In this document: one piece after another, positions 38,941-50,078 of the stretch
Position numbering within the stretch: position 1 is the stretch's first letter
Layout of the letters: every line of letters starts with the position of its first letter
DNA from: Thermoanaerobaculia bacterium
GTDB lineage: Bacteria > Acidobacteriota > Thermoanaerobaculia > Thermoanaerobaculales > Sulfomarinibacteraceae
NCBI GenBank assembly: GCA_027067575.1
Contig: JAMOVQ010000012.1
Location: 1-63,990 of the forward strand
DNA length: 63,990 bases
Direction of reading: 5' to 3'
Position numbers and translations under genes: made by a program
Notes under the pieces: model-generated
Told to the model about the DNA's origin: nothing
Database searches by the model: none
The model's input: only the letters and a program-made list of their open reading frames with translations

Positions 38941-41529
38941 ATGAAAAAGGTACTTATGGGGTTGGTTGGCGTGGCGCTGGTGGCGTCGCAGACGATGGCG
39001 ATGCGGCCGGTCGACGGACGGCGGCTTCCCGGAGCGACCCGAACGGCGGCAGATCTGTCGGTGTTCCCGCACGTCGAGCGGGCGGCGATCGAGGATGCGA
39101 CGGGGATGCCCAGCTGGCTTGCCGGTGACCTCGGGCAGATCCCGCGGGGCGAGAAGGCGACCGCGGCGGAGACGTACGTCCGCGCCTTGGGGCCGGCGTT
39201 CAAGATCCGCCCCTCTGATGACTTCCGCGTGACACGAATGTTCACGGACCGCCTCGGTGAGACCCACATCCGGCTCTCCCAGATCCACGACGGACTCCCG
39301 GTGGACGGCGCCGAGATCTTCCTCCACCTCGATTCCAACGGAAACGTCCGGGTGATCAACGGCCACCTCGGCGGTGGCATCGAGATCCCGCCGGTGCCCG
39401 AGATCAACGGGCAGGACGCGGTCCGGTTCTTCGTCGAGCGTCAGGCCGTGACCTCGATCGAGCTCGAGACCGAGCCCGAGCTGGTCTATTACACCCGTGC
39501 CGAGGAGCCCGTCTTCCTGGCGTGGAAGTTCGAGGCGACGTGGTCCGACGCCCAGGGAACGTACAAGGAGCGGATCTATATCGACGCGCAGGACGGGACG
39601 ATCCTCGACCGGCAGGGCCTGATCTGGGCGGCGAAGTACCGCAAGATCTACACGGCGAACCATGGGACGTCGCTTCCGGGGTCGCTCCTGTTCACGGAGG
39701 GGGGCTCCTCGTCGGATTCGGCGGCCATGGCGGCGTACAACAACCTGGGGTCCACCTACGATTTCTACAAGAACGTCTTCGGCCGCGACTCCTACGACGG
39801 GTCGGGCGCATCGCTCATCGCCACGGTTCACTTCTCCTCGAACTACAACAACGCCTACTGGAACGGTTCCCAGATGGTGTTCGGCGACGGGGACGGATCG
39901 ACCTTCTCCAGCCTGTCCGGCGCCCTGGACGTGGTGGCCCATGAGCTGACCCACGCGGTCACCGAGTACACGGCCAACCTGACCTACTCCTACGAGTCGG
40001 GCGCCCTCAACGAGGCGACCTCCGACATCATGGGATGCACGGCCGAGGCATACCACGACGGCGGCGTCAACTCCGACACATGGAAGATGGGTGAGGACAT
40101 CTACACTCCGGGGACCCCCGGCGACGCCCTCCGGTACATCAACGATCCGGCTGCGGACGGCTCCTCCCCGGACTACTACCCGGATCGGTACACGGGCTCG
40201 TCGGACAACGGCGGCGTCCACATCAACATGGGGATCGGCTCCCTGGCGTACTACCTCTTCTCCCAGGGCGGCACCCACCCGCGCGGCAAGACCTCCGTGC
40301 AGGTCCCGGCGCTGGGGATCACCAAGGCGCGGGCGATCTGGTACCGGGCTCTGACGACCTACTTCACGAGCTCGACGAACTTCGAGGGCGCCCGGAACGC
40401 CACGGCACAGGCGGCCCAGGATCTCTACGGCTCCACGGCGTACGGCGCCGTGCACAAGGCGTGGGACGCGGTGGGCGTTCCGGGGACGCCGGCGAGCACG
40501 ACGGTCACCGAGCTCTCCAACGGGCAGACGGTCTCCAGTCTCTCGGGCGCCACGGGATCCGAGACGTTCTTCAAGATCGCCGTTCCCTCCGGGCAGGACT
40601 CGCTCGAGATCAAGATCTGGGGTGGCTCGGGCGACTGCGACCTCTACGTGAAGCGGGGCGCCAAGCCTACCACCTCGTCCTACGACTACCGGCCGTACCT
40701 CTCGGGCAACAACGAGACGGTCACGGTCAGTGATCCTGCCGCGGGTGACTGGTACGTCATGCTGCGCGGGTACCAGGCGTACTCCGGCGTCTCCCTCAAG
40801 GCGACCTACACCGGATCCTCCGGCGGCGGAACCGGTGACGGCGTGGTGGTGCTGTCCAACGGCGTTGCCAAGACCAACCTGTCCGGTGCCAAGGGCTCGG
40901 CGAGCTACTTCAAGATCACGGTGCCCTCGGGCCAGAGCTCCCTCGAGATCGCCATGTCCGGCGGAACCGGGGACTCCGACCTGTACGTGAAGTTCGGCGC
41001 CCAGCCCACGACCTCCTCCTACGACTACCGGCCGTACCTGACGGGCAACAACGAGACGGTCTCGGTGGACAACCCCTCTGCCGGCGACTGGTACATCATG
41101 CTCCACGGATACGAGGCGTACTCTGGCGTCACGCTGAAGGCGACCTACTCGGGCAGCGGCGGCGGGACCACGTCGATGAACGAGAGTGAGTCCAACGGCT
41201 CGACCTCCTCCGCGGACGTGATCCCCAGCTCCCCGATGCACGTGACGGCGTACATCGGATCGAGCTCCGACGTGGACTACTTCCGGGTCACCCTGCCGGC
41301 CGGCCAGACGCTGACCGTCGATATGGACGTGCCCTCCGGCAAGGACTACGACATCAAGTTCTACGACAGCTCCGGTAACCGGCTGGCGTACGGGTACAAC
41401 GGCACGGGACAGGACGAGCACGTGACGTACACCAACAGTGGCTCGTACGCGAAGTACGTCTACATCAAGTGCTACGCCTACAGCGGTTCCTCCTCCTCCA
41501 CGCCGTACACCCTGGACGTCACCTTCTGA
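38941..41529 (+). CDS. Secreted thermolysin-family (M4) metalloprotease with tandem C-terminal PPC modules
   Basis: Signal peptide, FTP/PepSY-type propeptide, NNAYWNG, VVAHELTH, ALNEATSD, GVHINMG; duplicated PPC units (YDYRPYLxGNNETV) plus a third beta-module. Confidence 0.92.
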   Translation: MKKVLMGLVGVALVASQTMAMRPVDGRRLPGATRTAADLSVFPHVERAAIEDATGMPSWLAGDLGQIPRGEKATAAETYVRALGPAFKIRPSDDFRVTRMFTDRLGETHIRLSQIHDGLPVDGAEIFLHLDSNGNVRVINGHLGGGIEIPPVPEINGQDAVRFFVERQAVTSIELETEPELVYYTRAEEPVFLAWKFEATWSDAQGTYKERIYIDAQDGTILDRQGLIWAAKYRKIYTANHGTSLPGSLLFTEGGSSSDSAAMAAYNNLGSTYDFYKNVFGRDSYDGSGASLIATVHFSSNYNNAYWNGSQMVFGDGDGSTFSSLSGALDVVAHELTHAVTEYTANLTYSYESGALNEATSDIMGCTAEAYHDGGVNSDTWKMGEDIYTPGTPGDALRYINDPAADGSSPDYYPDRYTGSSDNGGVHINMGIGSLAYYLFSQGGTHPRGKTSVQVPALGITKARAIWYRALTTYFTSSTNFEGARNATAQAAQDLYGSTAYGAVHKAWDAVGVPGTPASTTVTELSNGQTVSSLSGATGSETFFKIAVPSGQDSLEIKIWGGSGDCDLYVKRGAKPTTSSYDYRPYLSGNNETVTVSDPAAGDWYVMLRGYQAYSGVSLKATYTGSSGGGTGDGVVVLSNGVAKTNLSGAKGSASYFKITVPSGQSSLEIAMSGGTGDSDLYVKFGAQPTTSSYDYRPYLTGNNETVSVDNPSAGDWYIMLHGYEAYSGVTLKATYSGSGGGTTSMNESESNGSTSSADVIPSSPMHVTAYIGSSSDVDYFRVTLPAGQTLTVDMDVPSGKDYDIKFYDSSGNRLAYGYNGTGQDEHVTYTNSGSYAKYVYIKCYAYSGSSSSTPYTLDVTF

Positions 41530-41552
41530 CCATCGGTCCAGACCACCTTGCA

Positions 41553-41579
41553 GGCCCCGCTCCGGCGGGGCCGTTTTTC
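41553..41579 (+). terminator. Intrinsic terminator
   Basis: GGCCCCGC-TCCG-GCGGGGCC hairpin followed by GTTTTTC. Confidence 0.85.
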
Positions 41580-41819
41580 TAGACCGTTCACGGACCGGAA
41601 CGATGAAAACGCCGCCACGGTCGCCGTGACAGCCGTGGCCTCCGTCACGGCCATGGGCACGGCCACGGACATGAACCGGAATGCCCGCCGGTTCCGAGAG
41701 TCTCCCGAGCGTCCGGATCCCCATCTCGTACGGCGCCACGCCCGTGAGCGCACCCTGGACGAGCGGACCGGACCTGTCCCCGATGGCGCCCCGGCACCCG
41801 ACAACGGGCCGGGTCGGGC

Positions 41820-44192
41820 TCAGTCCTCCCGGACCAACGCCTCGTCCAGGACCTCCCGGGCATGCTCGACGAACCGGATCCGGGCCTGACGCCGGGCGCG
41901 GGGCGGGAGGTCGGCGAGGTCGCGCCGGTTCTCCGAGGGCAGCAGGATGTCCCGGACGCCGGCCCGGAGGGCGGCCAGCACCTTCTCCTTGATCCCGCCG
42001 ACCGGGAGGACGTCGCCGCGCAGGGTAATCTCCCCGGTCATGGCGAGGTCGTGGCGGACGGCCCGGCCCGAGGCGACCGAGACGATGGCAGTCAGCATGG
42101 TGACACCCGCCGAGGGACCGTCCTTGGGAATCGCGCCGGCCGGGACGTGGACGTGGATCGTGTGATCGTCGAACCAGGCCGGATCGATCCCGTAGTTGAC
42201 TGCGTGGGCACGAGCGAAGGAGAGGGCCGCCTGGGCCGACTCCTTCATGACGTCCCCGAGCGAGCCCGTCAGCCGGAGCTCGCCCTTGCCCGGGAACGCC
42301 AGCGCCTCGATGAACAGCACGTCGCCGCCGTACGGCGTGTAGGCGAGCCCCGTGACCACGCCCACCCGGTCGTCCTTGAGCTGCGTCTCGGGCAGGAACT
42401 TCCGCGGCCCGAGCCACCGCTCCACCATGGCGGGCGTGATCCGTTTCGGAGCCCGCTTGCCCTCGGCGAGCCGGACGGCGACCTTACGGAATACCGAGCC
42501 GATCTCCCGCTCCAGGTTTCTCAGCCCGGCCTCCCGGGTGTACCCGTCGATCAGCAGCCGGAGCGCCGGTGTGGTCAGCGTCACCTGGCCGACCTCGAGG
42601 CCGTTCTCCTCCATCTGCCTGGGAATCAGGTGCCGCCGGGCGATCTCGATCTTCTCCTCCTCGGTGTACCCGGAGAGCCGGATGACCTCCATCCGGTCGA
42701 GGAACGCTGGCTGGATCGTGTCCGTGATGTTGGCGGTGGCGATGAACAGGACCTTCGAGAGGTCGTACGCCACGCCGAGGTAGTGGTCGCGGAACGAGTC
42801 GTTCTGCTCGGGGTCCAGCACCTCGAGCAGCGCCGAGGATGGGTCGCCCCGGAAGTCCGCGCCGAGCTTGTCCACCTCGTCCAGCATGAACACCGGGTTG
42901 GACGTCCCGGCCTGGTTGATCCCCTGGATGATCCGGCCTGGCATGGCGCCCACGTACGTCCGCCGGTGCCCGCGAATCTCCGCTTCGTCCCGGACGCCGC
43001 CGAGCGAGATCCGGACGAACTTTCGCCCGAGCGCCCGGGCGATGCTCCGGCCCAGGGACGTCTTCCCGACCCCGGGCGGACCGACGAAGCAGAGGATCGG
43101 CCCTTTGCCGTCCGGCTTGAGCCGCCTGACGGCGAGGAACTCCAAGATCCGCTCCTTGATCTTCTCAAGGTCGTAGTGGTCCTCGTCGAGGATCCGACGG
43201 GCCTGGCCGATGTCCAGGTTGTCCTCGGTGACGCGGGACCACGGCAGGCCCACCATCCAGTCGAGCCAGGTCCGGATGACCGAGGCCTCGGCCGAGTCGG
43301 GGTGCATGTTGGCCAGCCGCTTGAGCTGCTTCTCGAACTCCTCGCGGGCCTCCTCGGAGAGGCCGGCCTTCTTCGCCTTCTCCCGGTACTCCTCGACCTC
43401 CTCCTCGAGGTCCTCGCCTTCGCCCAGCTCCTTCTGGATCGCCTTGAGCTGCTGCCGGAGGAAGTACTCTTTCTGGCTCCTGTCCATCTCGCCCCGCACC
43501 TGGGACGAGATCTCCTGCTGCATCTCGAGCAGCGCGATCTCCTTGCCAACCAGCTCGTTGACGAGCTTGAGGCGCGGGATCGGCTCGATGGTCTCCAGGA
43601 CCCGCTGGGCGTCGGCGACCTTGAGGCCGAGGTTGGATGCGGCGAGATCCGCGAGCCGGAGCGGATCGTCCAGGTTGGCGGCGACGAGCATGACCTCGGG
43701 CGAGATCTGCTTGCCGAGGTTGACCGCCCTCTCGAGCCCCTGCTTGATCGAGCGCATGAACGCCTCGGCCTCGAGGTCGCCCGGCTCCAGCTCCGGTTCT
43801 TCGAGCCGGGTCAGACGGGCTTCCAGGTACGGCTCCGTCCTCGTGAAGTAGTCGACCCGGGCTCTCGAGAGCCCCTGGACGAGGATCCGGATGTTGCCAT
43901 CAGGGAGCTTGAGCATCCGCATGATGACGGCCACGCATCCGATCTCGAACAGGTCCTCCGGTTCCGGATCCTCCACCGAGGCGTCCCGCTGGGTCAGGAG
44001 GAAGATCAGCCGGTTCTCCGAGAGCGCCTGATCCACGGCCTTGACCGACTTCTCACGCCCCACCGACAGCGGAACGATCACGTACGGAAAGAGCACCACG
44101 TCCTTCAGCGCCATCACGGGCAGGACGTCCGGGATGTGGACGGGTTCCTGCTCGGTATCCGCGGGCTGGACGACGTTCTCGTTTTCAGCCAT
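41820..44192 (-). CDS. lon: Lon protease (LonA)
   Basis: Lon N-domain, [38 protein letters not shown] (Ser), GGIKEK (Lys). Confidence 0.95.
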   Translation of the reverse strand: MAENENVVQPADTEQEPVHIPDVLPVMALKDVVLFPYVIVPLSVGREKSVKAVDQALSENRLIFLLTQRDASVEDPEPEDLFEIGCVAVIMRMLKLPDGNIRILVQGLSRARVDYFTRTEPYLEARLTRLEEPELEPGDLEAEAFMRSIKQGLERAVNLGKQISPEVMLVAANLDDPLRLADLAASNLGLKVADAQRVLETIEPIPRLKLVNELVGKEIALLEMQQEISSQVRGEMDRSQKEYFLRQQLKAIQKELGEGEDLEEEVEEYREKAKKAGLSEEAREEFEKQLKRLANMHPDSAEASVIRTWLDWMVGLPWSRVTEDNLDIGQARRILDEDHYDLEKIKERILEFLAVRRLKPDGKGPILCFVGPPGVGKTSLGRSIARALGRKFVRISLGGVRDEAEIRGHRRTYVGAMPGRIIQGINQAGTSNPVFMLDEVDKLGADFRGDPSSALLEVLDPEQNDSFRDHYLGVAYDLSKVLFIATANITDTIQPAFLDRMEVIRLSGYTEEEKIEIARRHLIPRQMEENGLEVGQVTLTTPALRLLIDGYTREAGLRNLEREIGSVFRKVAVRLAEGKRAPKRITPAMVERWLGPRKFLPETQLKDDRVGVVTGLAYTPYGGDVLFIEALAFPGKGELRLTGSLGDVMKESAQAALSFARAHAVNYGIDPAWFDDHTIHVHVPAGAIPKDGPSAGVTMLTAIVSVASGRAVRHDLAMTGEITLRGDVLPVGGIKEKVLAALRAGVRDILLPSENRRDLADLPPRARRQARIRFVEHAREVLDEALVRED

Positions 44193-44646
44193 CGTCACGT
44201 CCCTCCTCCCGGTTCTCGACCACGGGGATCGTGTGCATCCTGTGGCGTTGCTCGACCAGCCGGGGAAGCCGAACCGTCAGCACCCCGTCCTCGAGTTCGG
44301 CCCGGGCCGTCCGGGGATCGGCCGGCTCCGGCAACTCGACAGTCAACTGGAACTTGCCGATGAACCGCTCCATGAGGTGGTACCGGCGTGGTGCAGGTTC
44401 TCCCTCCAGGCGGCGCTTCGTACCCCGCACGATCAACGACCGGTCCATCAGGCCGACCTCGAGCTCGTGCGCCTCGACCCCCGGCAGCTCCACCTGGACG
44501 ATGACGCCCCCGTCCTCCTCGAACACGTCCACCGCCGGGTGCCACTCGGCTCCCCGCTCCGTCGTTCGTAGCAGGATCTCGATCAGCCGGTTGACCTCGG
44601 CCTTGAGCAGCTCGATCTCACCGTACGGCACGAGTCTCGGGCTCAT
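44185..44646 (-). CDS. Hsp20/alpha-crystallin small heat-shock protein
   Basis: WHPAVDVFE, ELPGV, ERFIGKFQLTVELP, A.LEDGVLTVRLP. Confidence 0.9.
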   Translation of the reverse strand: MSPRLVPYGEIELLKAEVNRLIEILLRTTERGAEWHPAVDVFEEDGGVIVQVELPGVEAHELEVGLMDRSLIVRGTKRRLEGEPAPRRYHLMERFIGKFQLTVELPEPADPRTARAELEDGVLTVRLPRLVEQRHRMHTIPVVENREEGRDDG

Positions 44647-44647
44647 C

Positions 44648-45109
44648 TCACCCCTCCCGCCGTTCCCGCAGCGCCTTCAGCTCTTGCATGAACTGGTCCA
44701 CGTCCTCGAACCGCCGGTAGACACTGGCGAACCGGACGTAGGCCACCTGGTCCAGCTCCCGGAGGCGGTCGATCACGATGGAGCCGATCGCCTCCGCCGG
44801 CATCTCCCGCTCCTCTCTCCGGGCCATCTCCGACTCCACCTCCTCGACGATCCGTTCGAGATCCCGCCGCGCCACGGGACGCTTCTGGCACGCCTTGAGC
44901 AACCCCGACAGCAGCTTCTCCCGTTCGAACGGTTCCCGGCGGCCGTCGCGCTTGACCACGAGAGACGGCACCGCCTCCAGCCGCTCGTAGGTCGTGAACC
45001 GACGCTGGCACACCAGGCACTCCCGGCGGCGCCGGACCTCCCGTCCCTCCCGGACCTCCCGAGAGTCCACCACCCGGTCCTCACCGTGGCCGCAGTAGGG
45101 ACACCGCAT
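44648..45109 (-). CDS. nrdR: Transcriptional repressor NrdR
   Basis: MRCPYCG..RVVDSR..RRRRECLVC.RRFTTYE, ATP-cone, DQVAYVRFASVYR. Confidence 0.95.
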   Translation of the reverse strand: MRCPYCGHGEDRVVDSREVREGREVRRRRECLVCQRRFTTYERLEAVPSLVVKRDGRREPFEREKLLSGLLKACQKRPVARRDLERIVEEVESEMARREEREMPAEAIGSIVIDRLRELDQVAYVRFASVYRRFEDVDQFMQELKALRERREG

Positions 45110-46134
45110 CAGCCGCCCTCCTCCGCCCCCCGCTCCAGCGAACCGGCCCGGGTCAGTGAGAAGCCGAGCACCGGCATGCAGAGGAGTCCCACCACCGTGA
45201 TCGGAAGGAAACAGACGGCGTGGTAGGCGATGGCGATTCCCGTCGCCAGGTCGGTCTGGACCCCCATGAACACCACGAGCCCCAGCTGGATCGCCTTGTG
45301 GAACCCTCCGACCCCTCCGGGCGTCGGGATCGCCAGCCCGGCGATGGACAGCGTCACGAGCAGGAACGCCACACGCAACGGCCGGTCGAGCCCAAAGGCG
45401 AGCATCGTCGTCCGGACCTGCCAGTAGATCGAGTACCAGATCGCCACCGACCAGAACACGGCGACCCCGAGGTCCCTGGGACGCCGGATGATCCGAAGCC
45501 CGTCGAGGAAGTGCCCGAGGAACCGTGCCGCACCGTCGCGCCAACTCTCCCGGAGCCTCCCGATCGGTGCCGTGACCCTCGCGATGAACCGCTCCTGGTA
45601 CCGGAACAGTCCGAGCATCAGCAACGTCCCGACGGCGAGGCCGGCGGCGAGAATGTACCCGCTGACGGTCAGGACGTGGAGCCAGCGCCGCGCCTCCCCG
45701 CTCATCGCCATGGCGGGAGGCCACACGAGGAAGACCATGAAGAACAGGACCACCGTCCACATGTCGAACAGCCGTTCCGTCAGGACCGACGCCAGAGCGG
45801 CGGAGACCGGAAACCGATCCCGGCGAGCCAGCAGAACGGGCCGGATCACGTCGCCCATCCGCGCGGGAAGCAACGTCATCGCGGCGTACCCGACCGCCGT
45901 GGTCAGCACCAGGCTCGAATGCCGCACCCGCGCAGCCGGCCTCAATATGATCCCCCAGCGGATCGCACGCAACCAGTAGCTCAGCAAGGCCAGGGCGATC
46001 GCCACACCGAGCCAGAACGGATCCGCACTCCCGAGGTCCCGCCCCACGGCCCGTAGATCGACATTCCAGAGGAACAGCGCCACGAGCACCGCCGTCAGGA
46101 CGAGCGAGAGCAGGACCTGGGACCGCCGCTTCAC
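45109..46134 (-). CDS. Lysylphosphatidylglycerol-synthase-like / flippase-like membrane protein (UPF0104)
   Basis: RAIRW, LLPARMGDVIR, TERLFD, IPTPGGVGGFH; multiple TM helices. Confidence 0.85.
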   Translation of the reverse strand: MKRRSQVLLSLVLTAVLVALFLWNVDLRAVGRDLGSADPFWLGVAIALALLSYWLRAIRWGIILRPAARVRHSSLVLTTAVGYAAMTLLPARMGDVIRPVLLARRDRFPVSAALASVLTERLFDMWTVVLFFMVFLVWPPAMAMSGEARRWLHVLTVSGYILAAGLAVGTLLMLGLFRYQERFIARVTAPIGRLRESWRDGAARFLGHFLDGLRIIRRPRDLGVAVFWSVAIWYSIYWQVRTTMLAFGLDRPLRVAFLLVTLSIAGLAIPTPGGVGGFHKAIQLGLVVFMGVQTDLATGIAIAYHAVCFLPITVVGLLCMPVLGFSLTRAGSLERGAEEGG

Positions 46135-46159
46135 CGCCTCAGGGTAGTATGATGCCCGG

Positions 46160-47149
46160 GTGAGCACAACCACGCCTGTCGCCGTCCTCTCCCATCCCGG
46201 CTGCCTCGAGCACCGGGTGCCGCTCGGGTTCCCGGAGACGCCCGGACGGTTGCGCGTTCTCCTCGACCACCTGGAGGCGAACGCCGGGCCCTGGACCGTG
46301 GACCGGAGCTGGGATCCGGCATCGGAGGACGACACACTCGGCGTCGTCCGGTGGCTCCACGAGGAAGAGTATGTCCGACGGTTCCGTACCGCTGTCGCAG
46401 CGGCCCCCGGTCAGCTGGATGGACCCGACACCCCTGTCTCGCAAGGGACGTTTCGGGCCGCGGCCACCGCGGCGGGCGTCGCCGTACGGGCTTCCATGGA
46501 GCTCGTCAACGGCAGGTTGGATCGTGCGTTCCTGGCGATCCGTCCTCCTGGCCACCACGCCCTCCCGCACCGGGCGATGGGGTTCTGCTTCTTCAACAAC
46601 GCCGCGCTGGCCGCGGAGATCGTGGCGCGGGCCTGGCAGGTCCCCGTCCTGATCGTGGACTTCGACGTCCACCACGGAAACGGAACCCAGGCGATCTTCT
46701 GGGAACGGGCCGACGTGGGGTACCTCTCGATCCACCGGCACCCGTTCTATCCGGGAACCGGCACGGCCGACGAGACCGGGTCCGGAAGGGGCGCGGGCAC
46801 GACGCGGAACATCCCCCTCGCCGAGGGAGCAGGGGACGACCTGTTCGCCTCGGCCGTCGAGGCGGGACTGGAAGAGCTCGGCGGCAGGCTACGCCCCGCG
46901 GTCATCGTCGTCTCCGCCGGTTTCGACGCCCACATGGACGATCCCGTGGGAGGGCTCGGCGTCTCCGAGGAAGGGTTCCGCCGGATCGGCCAAACCCTCA
47001 CGCAGGCCGCGGAGGCGTGGGCCGGCGGCCGGATCCTCGCTCTCCTCGAGGGCGGTTATCACCCCGGGGCGACCGCACGTTCTGCAACGGCATGGATTGA
47101 AGGACTCGCAGGCGCCACGGGAACCGGACGGACCGACTCCATCCACTGA
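46160..47149 (+). CDS. Histone deacetylase family amidohydrolase
   Basis: FPETPGRL, RPPGHHA, GFCFFNN, DFDVHHGNGTQ, SAGFDAHMDDP, LEGGY. Confidence 0.92.
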   Translation: MSTTTPVAVLSHPGCLEHRVPLGFPETPGRLRVLLDHLEANAGPWTVDRSWDPASEDDTLGVVRWLHEEEYVRRFRTAVAAAPGQLDGPDTPVSQGTFRAAATAAGVAVRASMELVNGRLDRAFLAIRPPGHHALPHRAMGFCFFNNAALAAEIVARAWQVPVLIVDFDVHHGNGTQAIFWERADVGYLSIHRHPFYPGTGTADETGSGRGAGTTRNIPLAEGAGDDLFASAVEAGLEELGGRLRPAVIVVSAGFDAHMDDPVGGLGVSEEGFRRIGQTLTQAAEAWAGGRILALLEGGYHPGATARSATAWIEGLAGATGTGRTDSIH

Positions 47150-47448
47150 CCCTGGTGGGCAGGAGACCATCGGGAGTTCCGTACCGCTCTACCCTGCACA
47201 TTCTCCCCACCGGTCCCAGCACACGCCATCCCAGTCCCGACGTTGGAGCTCCCGTCTGGTGGGAGTGAACACCATCGGGAAGGGTGGTTCCGGGGAGCAG
47301 GCCGTTACCCTGCGCCCCGGCAAACGACCCACCCGAAAAGATGAGGGGAGCGTGCTGGCGGTCACGTCGGTGACAGTGACGAACCAAGCGGTGGTCCCTT
47401 CTCGAGGAGATACACAGCGCCCCCTGCTCTGCGATTTCCCTGGTACGT

Positions 47449-47655
47449 CAGGGACGAGCGGAGCGACGTCCCGGCTGGCGCTCCAGAGAACCAGGCCCTC
47501 CACGATCGGGAGTGTCCCCAATCAGCACCTCCCATCGCCCGAAACGAAGCACTCCCATATGGTGCCCCACCCATCCACCCGCCCAGGGACGAGCGAAGCG
47601 ATGTCCCGGTCGGCGCCTCAGAGAACCAAGCCCTTCACGATCGGGACTGTCCCCC
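47449..47655. repeat. Two ~72-bp units (CAGGGACGAGCG...CACGATCGGGA[G/C]TGTCCCC)
   Basis: Copies at 47449-47520 and 47584-47655; third copy at 63461-63533. Confidence 0.85.
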
Positions 47656-47956
47656 AACGGAGCCCTCCGCCATCCAGCGATCGAGCGTCCATCGAGGAAC
47701 GGGCCGGCGTGGGGGCGGGGGCGGTCCGGCGACGGAGGCGAGGGCAAGCCCCGTGGAGGCGTGCCGGGGGCGGGAGCGCAGACCCCTTGGCCCGAGAGGG
47801 GGGCTGGGTGGGGGAAGGGTAAGGGGTCGAGCACTCGTCACCGGTGCGTCGCCACGGGGTGCAGCCCGAGCCGCAGGAGCCGGGACGCACCCGCCCCCAC
47901 GGCCCCGGGGAGCGGAGCGACCCGGGGGAGCCGCGAAGCGGCGCCCGGCCTGCGAC
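47561..47956. repeat. Composite dispersed repeat, copy 1 (module A 47561-47823, module B 47856-47956)
   Basis: Long near-identical stretches shared with 63438-63966. Confidence 0.85.
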
Positions 47957-48394
47957 GGCGCCCCAACGAAGCGAGGAGGGGCCGCGCGGATCGTGCCCCG
48001 GGGCCGTTCCCGCAAGGGCGCGAGGAGGAACTGACCTGGCGGTCGTGACGACGAAGCGGCCGCGGCGGGGGCGGTCCCGGGGTGCGAGACTCGCGGCCCC
48101 GTTCATTCAAAGTCGATGACACGCCCCACCTCCAACGAAGCCCAGGCGGCCGGCAGCGACGCCGGAGGCGGCGCCAGCGCGTCGCACGGGCGGCCCGGGG
48201 GGAGCTCGCTCCCACCGGGACGCGCGGGCGAAGCGCGTCGCCCGCGCGAAGCGCGGGGGCCGGCCGCCGGTTCACCCCACACCATCCGGTCGACGAAGAA
48301 AAAAACAGTGTCCCATTTTCTCCGGAGCGGTGGCCCTTGATTCGCGGGGCGGTCCACGGTAGCTTCTGCCGGACCGACCGTGGGGAGGAAACGC

Positions 48395-50014
48395 ATGGGA
48401 CAGATGGGTGGCGGACTGGATCGCGAGACGCTCGAAATGGTGCTGGGAACGTTCCGGGAGGTGGCTGCCCGCCGCCTGACCCAGGACGTCCGCTTGCGGC
48501 TCGACCAGGAGCAGCGGTTCCCGACCGAGATCGTCGAGGAGCTGATCGGCCCCGACGTCGGGCTGCACCTCGTGTTCATCCCCGAGGACTGCGGGGGGAT
48601 CGGCGGTGGGGCGTACGACCTGTTCCGGGTTTCCGAGGAGATGGCCCGCGTGGACCTCGGCGTCGCCACGGCGTTCCTGGCCATCGCCCTCGGGATCGAT
48701 CCGATCATCGTCGGGGGCACGGACGAACAGCGGCAACGCTGGCTCGGGAAGGTGGCGGAGGAGGGGCTGATCGTCGCCTACGGGGTCACGGAGCCCTCGG
48801 TGGGATCCAACGTGGCCGGGATCCAGACCACGGCAACCCCAGTTCCCGGGCCGGACGGCGCGCCAGCGGCGTACCGGATCGACGGGACCAAGCAGTTCAT
48901 CACCAACGGGGGCGTGGCGGCGCTGTACACGATCCTCGCGAGGACGCCCAACGGTCCGTCGTTCTTCGTGGTGGAGCGGGGCGTGCCCGGGCTCGGCGTC
49001 GGCGCCGACGAGCACAAGCACGGGATCCGGGCGTCCAACACGACCCAGGTGATCCTCGACGGCGTCGAGGTCCCGGCCGACCAGCTCCTCGGCCTGGAGG
49101 AAGGGCAGGGCCTCGCCCAGGCCAACCGCGTGTTCGGCTTTACCCGCCTGATGGTGGCGGCGTTCGGGCTCGGCGCCGGCGAGGAGGCGTTGGAGCGGCT
49201 CGTCCGGTACGCCCGAGAGCGGATCCAGTTCGGCGGTCCCCTGTACGACAAGCAGGGGTACACGCACACGCTGGTGGTTCCGCACTTCGTCCGCCTGGAG
49301 GCGGCCCGTGCGTTCTGCGAGCAGACGGCACGCCGGCTCGACGAGGGCGGGGAAAATCTCCACGTGGAGGGGTCGGTGGCCAAGCTGTTCGCCACCGAGG
49401 CCGGCAACGCCGCGGCCGACGCCGCGATCCAGGGCCACGGCGGGTACGGGTACACCGTGGAGTACGAGGTCGAGAAGATCCGGAGGGACGTCCGGATCAC
49501 GACGATTTACGAGGGCACCTCCGAGATCCAGAAGAGCATCATCGGGACGTTCCGGTGGCGGCAAACCGTCAAGACGAAGGGCGGGTTCTACCGCGAGATG
49601 GCGGCGGCGGTCCGGGAGGCCGGCGGCGAGGAGGCCGCAGCACTGGCCGCCGAGGCGCTGGCGGAGACCTGGCTCGTGGCCCATGCCAGCCGGCTTCCCC
49701 GGCAGCAGTGGATCCTCCTGGAGCTCGCCCGTCTCTCGGCCGAGGTGGAGACCGCGGCGGCGCTGGCGCTCAAGGCGGCGGCATCGGACGACCGGCTGCT
49801 GGCGCTCTGTGCCCGCCTCCATGCCAGTTCCGCCGCACGGGAGGTCGCCACGACCGGCGCCCGCCTTCTCCGTGCCAGCGGTGCGGTGGACGCGGATGGA
49901 ATCGACGCGTGGAAACGCACGACCCGTCATGGGACGCTTCTGGACACGGCGTCGGGCGAGATGGCTCTGATGGACGAGGCCGCGGCCGCCATCGCCGAGC
50001 ACGTTCCGGTGTGA
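48395..50014 (+). CDS. Acyl-CoA dehydrogenase with C-terminal helical extension
   Basis: GGGGAGG SD; AYGVTEPSVGSN, GTKQFITNG, KHGIRASNT, IQGHGGYGY, ITTIYEGTSEIQ. Confidence 0.9.
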   Translation: MGQMGGGLDRETLEMVLGTFREVAARRLTQDVRLRLDQEQRFPTEIVEELIGPDVGLHLVFIPEDCGGIGGGAYDLFRVSEEMARVDLGVATAFLAIALGIDPIIVGGTDEQRQRWLGKVAEEGLIVAYGVTEPSVGSNVAGIQTTATPVPGPDGAPAAYRIDGTKQFITNGGVAALYTILARTPNGPSFFVVERGVPGLGVGADEHKHGIRASNTTQVILDGVEVPADQLLGLEEGQGLAQANRVFGFTRLMVAAFGLGAGEEALERLVRYARERIQFGGPLYDKQGYTHTLVVPHFVRLEAARAFCEQTARRLDEGGENLHVEGSVAKLFATEAGNAAADAAIQGHGGYGYTVEYEVEKIRRDVRITTIYEGTSEIQKSIIGTFRWRQTVKTKGGFYREMAAAVREAGGEEAAALAAEALAETWLVAHASRLPRQQWILLELARLSAEVETAAALALKAAASDDRLLALCARLHASSAAREVATTGARLLRASGAVDADGIDAWKRTTRHGTLLDTASGEMALMDEAAAAIAEHVPV

Positions 50015-50078
50015 CCGGACCCGGGGGACCGGGGAACGCCCCCCGGCCCGATGGGGTACCATGGAACCGGGAGGCGCC

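Noticed and set aside
47097-48340. ORFs within the 47-48 kb intergenic region
   Set aside because: They are translations of the repeat element (the same peptides recur at 63.4-63.9 kb) with no protein-like composition.
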